Numbered from the stretch's first letter, positions 9,020 to 18,244 are shown. The stretch is DNA of 64,000 bases from Pyrinomonadaceae bacterium MAG19_C2-C3 (GCA_024330265.1 JANDLT010000024.1:509-64508); one strand, 5' to 3'. Program-made: numbers and translations. The notes: a model not told the origin generated them from the letters alone.

Positions 9020-9910
9020 TTACTGGGTTAATGGTGGTTCTTCCGTAGGGATTTGTGCCGATTTGTAGCAACCAAGCAAGCGCACATCGTCGGCGCACAT
9101 ATACAGTTCAGCAAGCGCGGCAACGAATGCCCGGTCGCTCGCAGAGGCTTGCAGGTCAAGGCAGAAGTGGTACTGCCACGGGCTGCCTTGCACCGGGCGA
9201 GTCTCGATTTTGAGCAGGTTGATTTCGCGTTCGGCGAACGGCAGTAACGCACGATGGAGTGCGGCGGGTTGATGTTGAAGTTTGATGACGAGCGAGAGTT
9301 TGTCGGCGCGTTCATCTTGGTGCGGCGAGGGAGAGAGCAGCACGAAGCGCGTGTAGTTCTCCGCATGGTCTTCCAATCGCTCGCGCAAGATGTGTCCGCC
9401 ATAGACTCCGGCGGCGCGTGTGGAAGCGATGGCGGCGCGCGTCGGGTCATTCCGTCGCATCACTTCGGCGACACTTCCGGCGGTGTCATCCGAGGCGATG
9501 CGCTTGATAAGCGGATGCGCCGCGAAGAATCGTTCGCACTGTGCGAGTGCGACCGGATGCGATTGGACAATCATCACATCGTCGAAAGCCGCGCCGGGAA
9601 GACCGATGAGATTGAGATGAATGGGGATTACGACTTCAGCCGTGATGTGAAGCGTGCTTGCGAGTAGCAGATCAAATGAACGATGAACGGAACCGGCGAG
9701 GCTGTTCTCAAGCGGCGCGAGGATGAGGTCAGCACTTCCCGCATCAATGCTGGCGAACAGAGTTTCAAAGTTCAGACACGGAACGAGCGTTACATCATGC
9801 CCGAGCAACTTGATGGCGGCTTCCTCGCTAAATGCTCCGCGCGCTCCTTGAAACGCGACGCGCGATGCGACGGAAAGAGGCGGTGAATCGTTCTTCATCC
9901 GTTCGTTCAT
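9020..9910 (-). CDS. pheA: Prephenate dehydratase
   Basis: PDT domain (VAFQGARGAFSEEAA ... ENYTRFVLL) followed by a C-terminal ACT-like region. Overlaps the chorismate mutase gene by 4 nt. Confidence 0.9.
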   Translation of the reverse strand: MNERMKNDSPPLSVASRVAFQGARGAFSEEAAIKLLGHDVTLVPCLNFETLFASIDAGSADLILAPLENSLAGSVHRSFDLLLASTLHITAEVVIPIHLNLIGLPGAAFDDVMIVQSHPVALAQCERFFAAHPLIKRIASDDTAGSVAEVMRRNDPTRAAIASTRAAGVYGGHILRERLEDHAENYTRFVLLSPSPHQDERADKLSLVIKLQHQPAALHRALLPFAEREINLLKIETRPVQGSPWQYHFCLDLQASASDRAFVAALAELYMCADDVRLLGCYKSAQIPTEEPPLTQ

Positions 9911-10221
9911 CCGCGCACCTCTTGTGGTTGGGTTTTTAGACGGGTGTGGGCATCGGCTTCGACGTGGCGCGCCTCTATGCGACGTGTGATGTGGATGATG
10001 CGACGGAAGAGTTTGACGATGGAGACGGCATCAAGCGGTCCGAGGTTTGCTCTTTGCGCGTGCGCGATGATGTCGCTTTCGCGGCTTGGATCATAAAGCG
10101 GCAATCCGGCATCTCGCTTCAATTCTCCGACGAGCATGGCGAGTTGCACGCGCCGATTCATCAGACGTAGCAATTCGTCGTCTATCGCATCTATCTCGGC
10201 GCGACACTGGTAAATAGTCAT
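9907..10221 (-). CDS. Chorismate mutase (AroQ class)
   Basis: RAEIDAIDDELLRLMNRRVQLAMLVGELK...PLYDPSRESDII is the typical CM_2 pattern. First gene of the operon. Confidence 0.85.
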   Translation of the reverse strand: MTIYQCRAEIDAIDDELLRLMNRRVQLAMLVGELKRDAGLPLYDPSRESDIIAHAQRANLGPLDAVSIVKLFRRIIHITRRIEARHVEADAHTRLKTQPQEVRG

Positions 10222-10294
10222 TCCCTTGGCTCCTCACTACAAAGTTGCTGTGCTGCAAAGTCTTATAGCTAACGTCAATTCAATATAAGACAAG

Positions 10295-10387
10295 AAAGCT
10301 TTTATCAACGAATCACACGAAAGGAAAACATTGAAGCAACCCGACTTTGTTGCGTGTTGCTTCGTGTGTTTCGTGGATAAAAGCTTT
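10295..10387. repeat. Imperfect palindrome with CACGAA-motif arms
   Basis: aaagcttttatcaacgaatcacacgaaagg ... cttcgtgtgtttcgtggataaaagcttt, with an inner stem gaagcaac/gttgcttc. Shares a CCACGAAAyACACGAA core with 41159..41230. Confidence 0.75.
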
Positions 10388-10428
10388 ACTGCTTCTTACA
10401 TCGCGTCCTCACGTTATAGATGACGAAA

Positions 10429-10477
10429 GAGCCAGCCGCGACCTTCCCATTTGAGAAGAGAAGGTCGCGGCTGGCTC
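10429..10477. promoter_or_regulatory. Perfect 18-bp stem-loop in the aro-operon / CHAT intergenic region
   Basis: gagccagccgcgaccttc, a 13-nt loop, then gaaggtcgcggctggctc. No clear U-tract on either strand. Confidence 0.4.
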
Positions 10478-10733
10478 GAAAGGTAAAAACTCTTTTGATG
10501 CGGCGTTATCGTTTAGCTCATATACTTCTCACGCCAGCACCTACCTCACGCAAGCCGCCCCTCCCCGAAGGAGAAGCGGTAGATAAATGCGAAGTAACAA
10601 TAGAATAAACCTGTTGCGCGATACTTGACCTAAACAATAGAACCAATCTGATGAAGGAGCATTGCTGGTGTTACAAAAACTTCTTCAGGGTAGAATGTGT
10701 TGAGTTCACAATACAGGTTTCAGCACGACGGAC

Positions 10734-13361
10734 ATGAAGGCGGAAATGAGCGACAAGCCACAACGAAGCGGAAACTCAATAAGACGAATACACAAACGAT
10801 TATGCATGGTGTGCCTCGCCGTCGGTTTGATCGCTGTGGTCGCATCGCTTGCCCTCTCCGTCGTCGCGCAGCAAAGCGGTGGGGGAGAACAGTTCGATGA
10901 GTTGATCGGGCGCGGCGACCGATTTAAGAGGCAAGATGAATATGCCTTTGCGCTCACCGCTTATGAGGGAGCCTTGCGTGCGGCGGAACGCTCGAACAAT
11001 CATCAAGACATGGCACGGGCGCATCTCGGGCAGGGTGAAATCTTCGTCGTGCAAGTCAAGTTTTCGCACGCCCTCGAAGCCTTACAACAAAGCCTCAAGT
11101 TGAACGAGGCAATCGGCGACACGCGCGGCGCGGCGCACGCCAACAATCAACTCGGCTACGTCTATTATCGTCTCTACTACTACGACTCCGCCGAACGACA
11201 TCTCGAAAAAGCCCTCAAAGGGTTTCAATCAATCGGCGACGAAAGCGGCATGGCGTCGGTGCTCAACCATCTGGGGCGCAACCACATCTCGCAGGGCGAA
11301 ACGCCCGCCTACGTCGCCAAAGCACTCGACTACTACACGCGCAGCATCACGCTCGGCGAAGCGAGCGGCAATGATGACGCGGTGGCGAGCGCGCTCAGTA
11401 ATCTGGGCAATCTGCATCTTCAACAAGAACATCTCAATCGAGAAGGTAAATTTTACCGGCAACCGGAAATAGAACGGGCGGAGGCAATTTACCGACAGGC
11501 TTTGGCGCGCTATGAAGCGTCGGGCAACCGGCGCGGGCAGGGCATCGTGTGGGGCAATCTCAGCCGGACTTTTTTTAACGCGCCCGGTGCGGAAGCGCGC
11601 AGGAAAGCTATCGAGTATGCCGCGCGTTCCGTCCGGCTCTTTGAAGCTATCGGCGATGATGATGATTTATGGGAAGCCTACTGGAATCTAGGCAAGGCGC
11701 ACAGTGGCAAAAATCGGAATCTTTACGACGTGGAACCGGCACTCCCGTTTTTCGCCGAAGCCATCAAGATCATAGAGCGGATGCGGCAGACGGCGGACGG
11801 CGATGACCTGACCTTGCAACGCTACTTCAGAGGGCAAACGGCTCCATATCAGTCAATGGTTGGTTCGTTGATAGACTTGAACCGAATCGAAGAAGCACTC
11901 GGATATGTCCAACGAGGGAAAGGGCGCGTCTTGCTCGACATCTTAGCCCGCGCACAGGCAAGTCAGAGTTCGCAGACAGGCAAGCGCGAACACGAACGCG
12001 AGCAGAGCATCAACGATAAGTTGACGAGACTGAACGACCTGATTACGCGCGAGAGTCAACGGACGAAGCCCCGCCGCCAATATCTCGCCGAACTGAAGAG
12101 CAAGCGGCAAGGGAGCAGACAAGCGTTGCTCGATTTTCAAGCGCAAGCGGTGAGCGCGCAGCCTGAGATGAGAGCGGCGACGGCGGAGATGCGCCCGCTT
12201 AACCTCGAAGAAGCGGCGGCACTCTTGCCCGGTAAAGAGAGCGCGATACTGGAGTACTTCGGGAATGATCTATTCGTCTTGACGCGCGCGGAGGAAGCGA
12301 AGGATGGGCAGGCGACGGGATTCACGCTCAAGGCATACAAAATTGACCGTAACTTCGACGAAGTAGAATGGAGAAATAGAATCGCTGCTTTCCGGCGGCA
12401 ACTCGCCGGGCGCGACAACAGTTTTCATTCACCGGTGCGTGCTTTCTACGACGCGCTCATCGCGCCTGCCCGCGAGCAACTGCGCGGTAAGACTTCGCTC
12501 ATCATCATGCCGGACGGTGCGCTGTGGAACGTGCCGTTTCAAATTCTCCTTGACAAAGAGAACCGATACTTAATCGAAACCGCCGCCATCTCTTACGCTC
12601 CGTCGCTGACCGTCCTGCGCGAGATGCGACGGGCGCGGCAACCGACCGAAAGCACGCAAGGTAAATCGTCAAGCGATGAAGAAGGATCATTGCTCGCGCT
12701 CGGCAATCCGGCGGTGCGGGGTGCGACGGTGGGGCGTGTGCGCGAACGATTCCGCGATGTGCGGCTCGAACCCCTGCCGGAAGCGGAACGCGAAGTCAGG
12801 CGTATCGGCGAACTCTACCGGAGGCGGGGGAGCAAAGTCTTAATCGGAAACCAAGCGCGCGAAGAATTATTGAAGGATGAAGCCGCGCGTTACGACGTGC
12901 TGCATCTGGCGACGCACGCCATCGTCAGCGACGAAAACCCTATGTACTCGTCGCTCGTACTGTCGCAATCGGGCAAGAATTTGGAAGGGGGCGAAGACGG
13001 GTTGCTCGAAGCATGGGAGATCATGCGTCTGAAGTTACGCGCCCGCATGGTCGTACTCTCGGCGTGCGAGACGGCGAACGGGCACGCGAGTGAAGGCGAG
13101 GGCATGATGGGTTTGTCGTGGGCATTTCTCGCGGCGGGCGTCCCCGCGTTGGTCGTCAGTCAATGGAAGGTCGAATCGGCAAGCACGTCCGAATTGATGA
13201 TCGAGTTTCATCGCCTCTTGCGACAATCGCCCCCCGACGGACAACCGCCGCTCACTAAAGCCGAAGCCTTGCGGCAGGCTTCGTTGACTTTGCTCAAACG
13301 CGCACGCTCGCCGCATCCGTTCTACTGGGCGGGTTTTGTCGTCGTCGGCGACGGGGGGTAA
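10734..13361 (+). CDS. TPR-repeat CHAT-domain protease-like protein with N-terminal signal/anchor
   Basis: N-terminal hydrophobic segment (MVCLAVGLIAVVASLALSVVAQQ) and multiple TPR-like units. The C-terminal CHAT pattern carries a His (VLHLATHAIV) and a Cys (VVLSACETANG) dyad. Confidence 0.85.
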   Translation: MKAEMSDKPQRSGNSIRRIHKRLCMVCLAVGLIAVVASLALSVVAQQSGGGEQFDELIGRGDRFKRQDEYAFALTAYEGALRAAERSNNHQDMARAHLGQGEIFVVQVKFSHALEALQQSLKLNEAIGDTRGAAHANNQLGYVYYRLYYYDSAERHLEKALKGFQSIGDESGMASVLNHLGRNHISQGETPAYVAKALDYYTRSITLGEASGNDDAVASALSNLGNLHLQQEHLNREGKFYRQPEIERAEAIYRQALARYEASGNRRGQGIVWGNLSRTFFNAPGAEARRKAIEYAARSVRLFEAIGDDDDLWEAYWNLGKAHSGKNRNLYDVEPALPFFAEAIKIIERMRQTADGDDLTLQRYFRGQTAPYQSMVGSLIDLNRIEEALGYVQRGKGRVLLDILARAQASQSSQTGKREHEREQSINDKLTRLNDLITRESQRTKPRRQYLAELKSKRQGSRQALLDFQAQAVSAQPEMRAATAEMRPLNLEEAAALLPGKESAILEYFGNDLFVLTRAEEAKDGQATGFTLKAYKIDRNFDEVEWRNRIAAFRRQLAGRDNSFHSPVRAFYDALIAPAREQLRGKTSLIIMPDGALWNVPFQILLDKENRYLIETAAISYAPSLTVLREMRRARQPTESTQGKSSSDEEGSLLALGNPAVRGATVGRVRERFRDVRLEPLPEAEREVRRIGELYRRRGSKVLIGNQAREELLKDEAARYDVLHLATHAIVSDENPMYSSLVLSQSGKNLEGGEDGLLEAWEIMRLKLRARMVVLSACETANGHASEGEGMMGLSWAFLAAGVPALVVSQWKVESASTSELMIEFHRLLRQSPPDGQPPLTKAEALRQASLTLLKRARSPHPFYWAGFVVVGDGG

Positions 13362-13400
13362 GATGCATTCGCCGCACTTCGCCGGACAAGGAACATAGAG

Positions 13401-14009
13401 ATGTCGAGTCAACCTAAATACCGCTACACGCTGGAAGAATACTTCGAGTTGGAGCGCGCATCTGAAGTGAAGTACGAATACTTCAACGGCGAAGTGTTTG
13501 CGATGAGCGGAGCCAGCCCGGAACATGAAGCGGTTTTTGGCAACGTGTTCACATCGCTTAGAAATCAACTTCGTGGTCGCTCTTGCTCCGTCTTCTCATC
13601 GAATCTGCGCGTCAAAGTTCCCGCCGCGCCGCCTTACCGTTATCCCGACTTGACGGCTTTGTGCGCTCAACCGGAATACGAAGTCATCGGCGGCATCCGA
13701 GCCTTGACCAACCCGACGTTAATCGTCGAAGTCCTTTCATCTTCGACCGAAGGCTATGATCGCGGCGACAAGTTCATCGCCTACAAATCCATTCCGAGTC
13801 TCGGCGAATACTTGCTTATCGCGCAACATCGCCCGCACGTCACACACTACGTCAAGCAGCCTGACGGTAAGTGGAGTTACGAAGATGCCAACGAGATAAC
13901 CGATACGCTGATGTTGCCGACACTTGATTGTACGCTCGCACTGAGCGAAGTCTATCAGGATGTGACGTTCGCCGAAGCGGAAGGTCACGCCCCGCCGCCG
14001 GAACGATAA
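13401..14009 (+). CDS. Uma2-family (DUF820) restriction-endonuclease-like protein
   Basis: YTLEEYFELERASEVKYEYFNGEVFAMSGASPEHE ... PTLIVEVLSSST is the characteristic Uma2 pattern. Confidence 0.85.
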   Translation: MSSQPKYRYTLEEYFELERASEVKYEYFNGEVFAMSGASPEHEAVFGNVFTSLRNQLRGRSCSVFSSNLRVKVPAAPPYRYPDLTALCAQPEYEVIGGIRALTNPTLIVEVLSSSTEGYDRGDKFIAYKSIPSLGEYLLIAQHRPHVTHYVKQPDGKWSYEDANEITDTLMLPTLDCTLALSEVYQDVTFAEAEGHAPPPER

Positions 14010-14028
14010 TCTATCAACCGCCGTCGTC

Positions 14029-15531
14029 TTAAAAAGGTCGAAGCTTTTCCGACAATCGCCGCGTCGCCGTCGAACGGGGATTTGCCGCGCGCAATTTCCG
14101 CAACTCATTCTCGGCTTCACCGAGCAGTCCGAAGCGCGCATAGACGACGGCGCGAAGCAGATGCGAATCGCCCGCGATGCGTTCGGCGCGGCGCACCTCC
14201 GCCGTTTGTGATTCGGACAGAACTTGAAAGCGCGCTTCGGGTGACTGCGGCGCGGGCGCAATTACGGCTTGCCTCACATCGTCCTCATCATCCTTCGTCG
14301 CCGTCACTTGCCATGAATAAATACGACCCGGCGCGAGCGGCGCGGGAGGCGTCCAGTGTGTCATCACGAGCGGCGGGCTAGTGGCGATAAGCTTCAAGTC
14401 GGCATCGTAGATTCTCACCGTATAACCTATCGCGCCGTCGAGTGCTTGCCAGCGAAACGCGGGTCTCGGCGTGCGCGTCAACGTGCCAACGGGATTAACA
14501 AGCGCAAAGGATTCTTCATCGTCGTTCCCGCTTCTGAGTCTGCCTTTGCGATTTATAAGCGCGGCTAAGTCGGGCGAAGTTTCAAGTTGTTGTTCGCGTA
14601 AGGCACGCTCGACCGCCTGACGATAATCATTGGGTACGTCTTCAAGACCGGTGAGCCGTCCCGCGCGGTCAAGCCCGACCGTGCGCCCGCCATCATTTAG
14701 CGACATGAGCGAGGCATCGCTTCGCGGTGCTTCATTGTTATTCCTGACTCTATTAAATTCTTCACCTCGCGCCGCTTTATCGTCATTCCCGCGTGTCATG
14801 GCATCGCTTTGAGACGACGACATTTCGCCGGACGAAGCATTGGTGTTCGCCGCGCCGTTCACATCGTTCGCCCGGTTGGTGTTCGCCGGAAGCGCGGGGG
14901 TGATGTTGGCTGTGTTCTGTATATTTGCCTCGCAGTCTTCGCCCGGCGTGAGCCACAACCGCAACAAGACCACCGCGCCGATGACGATGGTGACGGCGAG
15001 AACGCCCGCGCCGATGCGCCGCGCGCCTGATGCCGGTAGATACGATGAAAAGGTGGCGATGAACCTTTCGCTTCGTGTCAAAGGGAAAGGCTGTGTGCCG
15101 CGATTAGCTCCCGTATCTTTCGGCAACGAGGGCGACGAAGCGCGATTCGATACCGGAGCGGACGCGGTTGCCAAAGGCATCGTCGTCAGGTGCGCCATCT
15201 CTTCTTTCAGCGCAAACAGTTCGCGCAACCCTTCGGCGCACACGGCGCACATCTCCGTGTGAGTCTCGACGATCTCGCAATCAATCTCATCCGCCGTGCC
15301 GTCAACGTAGGGCGCGAGATGTTCTTCGTAATCAAGATGGAAATCTTCTTCGACACTAAGCGCATCATCTTCGAGCGTGAGCGGCGCGATCACTTCCGGC
15401 ACGGGCGCGAGTGCGGTGAAGCGTTCGTGGCACACGTCGCACACAGCAAGATGGCGCGCGACCGGGATGAGTTCGCCCGGCGCGAGTGTGCGCGCCTGAT
15501 ACTGTTCCAGTTGCCGCAAAGATAAATGCAT
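14029..15531 (-). CDS. Membrane-spanning anti-sigma factor (zf-HC2 type) with large periplasmic domain
   Basis: The start is taken at MHLSLRQLEQY. It carries HLAVCDVCHERF and HTEMCAVCAEGL Cys/His motifs, one TM helix (GVLAVTIVIGAVVLLRLWL), and a C-terminal extracytoplasmic region ending in a TPR-like helix pair. It lies directly downstream of a sigma-like gene. Confidence 0.7.
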   Translation of the reverse strand: MHLSLRQLEQYQARTLAPGELIPVARHLAVCDVCHERFTALAPVPEVIAPLTLEDDALSVEEDFHLDYEEHLAPYVDGTADEIDCEIVETHTEMCAVCAEGLRELFALKEEMAHLTTMPLATASAPVSNRASSPSLPKDTGANRGTQPFPLTRSERFIATFSSYLPASGARRIGAGVLAVTIVIGAVVLLRLWLTPGEDCEANIQNTANITPALPANTNRANDVNGAANTNASSGEMSSSQSDAMTRGNDDKAARGEEFNRVRNNNEAPRSDASLMSLNDGGRTVGLDRAGRLTGLEDVPNDYRQAVERALREQQLETSPDLAALINRKGRLRSGNDDEESFALVNPVGTLTRTPRPAFRWQALDGAIGYTVRIYDADLKLIATSPPLVMTHWTPPAPLAPGRIYSWQVTATKDDEDDVRQAVIAPAPQSPEARFQVLSESQTAEVRRAERIAGDSHLLRAVVYARFGLLGEAENELRKLRAANPRSTATRRLSEKLRPF

Positions 15532-15537
15532 CTTGTT

Positions 15538-15756
15538 AATGCGAATCAAGGATAAGAAATTCCGTGTATTGATAACAAAGGACTTACGGATTTGGCTTTA
15601 TGGCTTTTGCTGCAACATAGCCTGTAAATTGTTGATTCTTCACTGATGATTCTTACCCTTGATTCGCATTGTTAGTTGATAGTTGATAGTTGATGGTTGA
15701 TAGTTAAAGAGGACGGCTTTTCACTATCCGTTATCAACTATCAGTTATCTACTATC
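15538..15756. repeat. Two long hairpins filling the sigma / anti-sigma intercistronic spacer
   Basis: Hairpin 1 pairs 15538-15558 (aatgcgaatcaaggataagaa) with 15650-15670 (ttcttacccttgattcgcatt), 20 of 21 nt complementary. Hairpin 2 pairs a TAGTTGA tandem (15673-15705) with actatc...tatcaactatcagttatctactatc (15723-15756), which includes the sigma stop codon. Confidence 0.8.
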
Positions 15757-17023
15757 TAAACATGTGAAATACCGTCGAATATGACCATCCGGCGACGGCG
15801 GTGGCAATCATTTTTATGATGCCCAAGCGACGCTTGAGGCGGGCGTGGGCGCACTTTCGCAAACTCGTGACTTGCTCTGGCATCGCGCTGAGACGCGCGG
15901 CAATCGTTTTATCGTCTAAAGGCAAACTACCCCACAATTCGGACAACTCTTCAAGCGACATCTCCAACGCCTGCGCGATCTGTTCGATGCTCGCGGTGCG
16001 CGTGAATAAAAAGGTCGTGATGTCGGCATGTCCCCGCGACTCCCTGAAGTGAAGCAGGTATGCCGTGCGCTGATTAAAAGGAAGTTGGATGATTTCTTGC
16101 CACACGCGCCGCAACATCTCGCGCCGGTCGAGATGCTCTGTCGCGCTCTGCTCCGCGTCCGACCTGCGTTGTTCCGCATCGCGCCGTTGCTCGATCTCTT
16201 TTATGCTCTCGCCGTGTTTGCCGGGCATGTCCTCGACGCCGCGCAGTTCGGCGACGATTGAGACTAAGGCATTGAACGCGACGGGCTGCTCTGCCAGGTC
16301 GAACAGTCTAATTACCATTTCAACGAGCGGCATCTCCCGCCAGGTCGCGTGCAAAATCTCACCGCCTGCCGCCGCGCTACTATCCTCCACCAACCGCTTG
16401 AGCCGCGCCGCCGACAATGCTTTGACCGCATCTTGCTTGAGCCATTCCTCAAACCCGGCGACGAACAGACCCGCCGCGTTTCGCCACAACCCCAAAGCCG
16501 GATGTCGCTTCAAGAGGTAACGAAGTTTGTCCTTCAAGCGACGGCGTTGCGGATAGAGTGTGTGCAGAAATTCATAGACGGCGTTATAGGCGGCGATGGC
16601 GACGTAGCCGCCGAAATCAGGGATGCCGCGCGGCTCTTTGTGTGCTTTTCGGCGCGCTTTGCCGGTGATGCCGCCGCGAGGGTCGGGGCGCAAACGGCAC
16701 AGACGCTCCGTGAGATGCAATATCACCTCTCCGTAAATATCTTCGGCGTGTTGATGATGATGATCGTCGCGCGCCGCCGAGAGGTGAAGTTCGCGCCGCA
16801 GAATGCGCCGGATGATCGGCGCGGCGTGAGCGGTCAAGAGAGATTCGAGACACGCCGTCGCTTCCTCTTCCGTTTGTGCGCGAATGAAGGGAAGCAGCAC
16901 GGAGTCATACCGGGCGTGCGGGTCGGGCGTCGCGGGGGAGTGCGGCGAAGTCATATATCGTCCGTCCGTGATGATGAAACCGAAAAATGACCGGCGAGGT
17001 TGCGGGTAGTCGGCGTGCAACAT
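15752..17023 (-). CDS. Atypical sigma-70/ECF-like sigma factor with a long insertion between regions 2 and 4
   Basis: Region-2-like segment (AEDIYGEVILHLTERL ... GYVAIAAYNAVYEFL) and region-4-like HTH (LPFNQRTAYLLHF ... SIEQIAQALEMSLEELS ... RKCAHARLKRRL) are separated by about 150 aa. The start may be MTSPHS at 16954. Confidence 0.6.
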   Translation of the reverse strand: MLHADYPQPRRSFFGFIITDGRYMTSPHSPATPDPHARYDSVLLPFIRAQTEEEATACLESLLTAHAAPIIRRILRRELHLSAARDDHHHQHAEDIYGEVILHLTERLCRLRPDPRGGITGKARRKAHKEPRGIPDFGGYVAIAAYNAVYEFLHTLYPQRRRLKDKLRYLLKRHPALGLWRNAAGLFVAGFEEWLKQDAVKALSAARLKRLVEDSSAAAGGEILHATWREMPLVEMVIRLFDLAEQPVAFNALVSIVAELRGVEDMPGKHGESIKEIEQRRDAEQRRSDAEQSATEHLDRREMLRRVWQEIIQLPFNQRTAYLLHFRESRGHADITTFLFTRTASIEQIAQALEMSLEELSELWGSLPLDDKTIAARLSAMPEQVTSLRKCAHARLKRRLGIIKMIATAVAGWSYSTVFHMFR

Positions 17024-17144
17024 AGCACGACCGCCCGCGCCCTTCCATAGCCTGAATGTAAATTTATGAATAGGGAAACGAGCGAAGTGACCACCTAAGC
17101 GGCTTCAACTTGAGCGCGGCGGGGATGTACAATCCGGCTTAATC

Positions 17145-17522
17145 ATGTCAGCCAATGTTACAAGTGTCGTCGAAGCCGTGCGTCACCTGACGCCCGCCGA
17201 ACAGCGCGAGATACTCGCACGCTTGTTGCCACAGCAAGCCGCGCACGACGGCAGCACCGTTTGGATGAGCGTCAAGTTCTCCGATGCGGCGCGCGTCGTC
17301 GCATACACCTCTGAACAAGAACCGTTGCTTGCCGAACTGAGTCAGGTGCTACGACAGGGAGTTCTAGCGAGACTTGAAAACAAAGAAGACGGCATTTATG
17401 AACTCTACGGCACAGACCGCACATACTTGGTCGTGATGACTCCGGCGCGTGAATTCGCCGCCCTTCTCAGTTCATGGACGCCGGACGATCCGCCGCGCGA
17501 AATCACTTTTCCAAACGAGTAA
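17145..17522 (+). CDS. Hypothetical protein (125 aa)
   Basis: Clean ORF divergent from the sigma gene. I recognise no family. Confidence 0.5.
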   Translation: MSANVTSVVEAVRHLTPAEQREILARLLPQQAAHDGSTVWMSVKFSDAARVVAYTSEQEPLLAELSQVLRQGVLARLENKEDGIYELYGTDRTYLVVMTPAREFAALLSSWTPDDPPREITFPNE

Positions 17523-17530
17523 ATCTCTCG

Positions 17531-18019
17531 ATGCCCGCCTTACGCGATGACGAAGTGCGGCGGTTACTTGCCTATCTCCGCCAGCACATCAGCGATCAAG
17601 ACGAACTCGCCGGAGTAGAAGACATACTTCGCAGTGATGAAGCGCAGGAGTATCTGCGTGAGCCGGAATTGCTCGCCTACTTTCCCGAACTCACCCGTCA
17701 GCTTCATCCCGGCGGAACGGAGTGGAAACTGCGTATCATTCCACACGCGCATCTGCGGATGGTTCAGCGCGGCTTCTCATCCGATGGCATCGTGAAACTA
17801 TTCGCCCGCTTCATCGAATACTGTGTTGAACGAGAGATTATCATCACGCGCGGTGCGTACACGATTTTCGGGCGACTTGACCCGCGTGCGAGGTCGGTGA
17901 CATTGCGTGTTGATGTCGATGAGATTGACGGGCAGAGCGGCAAGGCTCATGTCGTAACCATCACCGTCGGACGACTCAACGACGATGATGACATGACGAT
18001 AAATTTGCCCGCCGCATGA
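17531..18019 (+). CDS. Hypothetical protein with a DUF4258-like HAxxRMxxRG motif
   Basis: The start at MPALRDDEV lies 9 nt after the stop of the upstream gene. The motif IIPHAHLRMVQRGFSSDGIV resembles DUF4258 toxin-like domains. This is a weak, recollection-based call. Confidence 0.45.
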   Translation: MPALRDDEVRRLLAYLRQHISDQDELAGVEDILRSDEAQEYLREPELLAYFPELTRQLHPGGTEWKLRIIPHAHLRMVQRGFSSDGIVKLFARFIEYCVEREIIITRGAYTIFGRLDPRARSVTLRVDVDEIDGQSGKAHVVTITVGRLNDDDDMTINLPAA

Positions 18020-18244
18020 CACCGCACGTTCGCCCACCCCTGCCGATTCAGGCAAACCCTTCTTTTGCAAAAATAATTTTCCCGCCTCTGGTCATATTTG
18101 TCTGCATTCCGCATTGATATTAAGTGTCAGCAGAAGATGATGCTTTACCATCGCGTATTTTCAACGCGCAAAACTCGCTTCACACATAACCGTCCGCACC
18201 GGAGCCTGAAAATCTCGTCGGAAAGAAAGAAGGAGCAAACAACC

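Noticed and set aside
17024-17144. Promoter elements could lie in the divergent sigma / 17145 intergenic region (a TACAAT-like -10; an ECF GGAAC-N16-CGT motif).
   Set aside because: No -35 element lies at acceptable spacing to the TACAAT, and no ECF-type motif was found.
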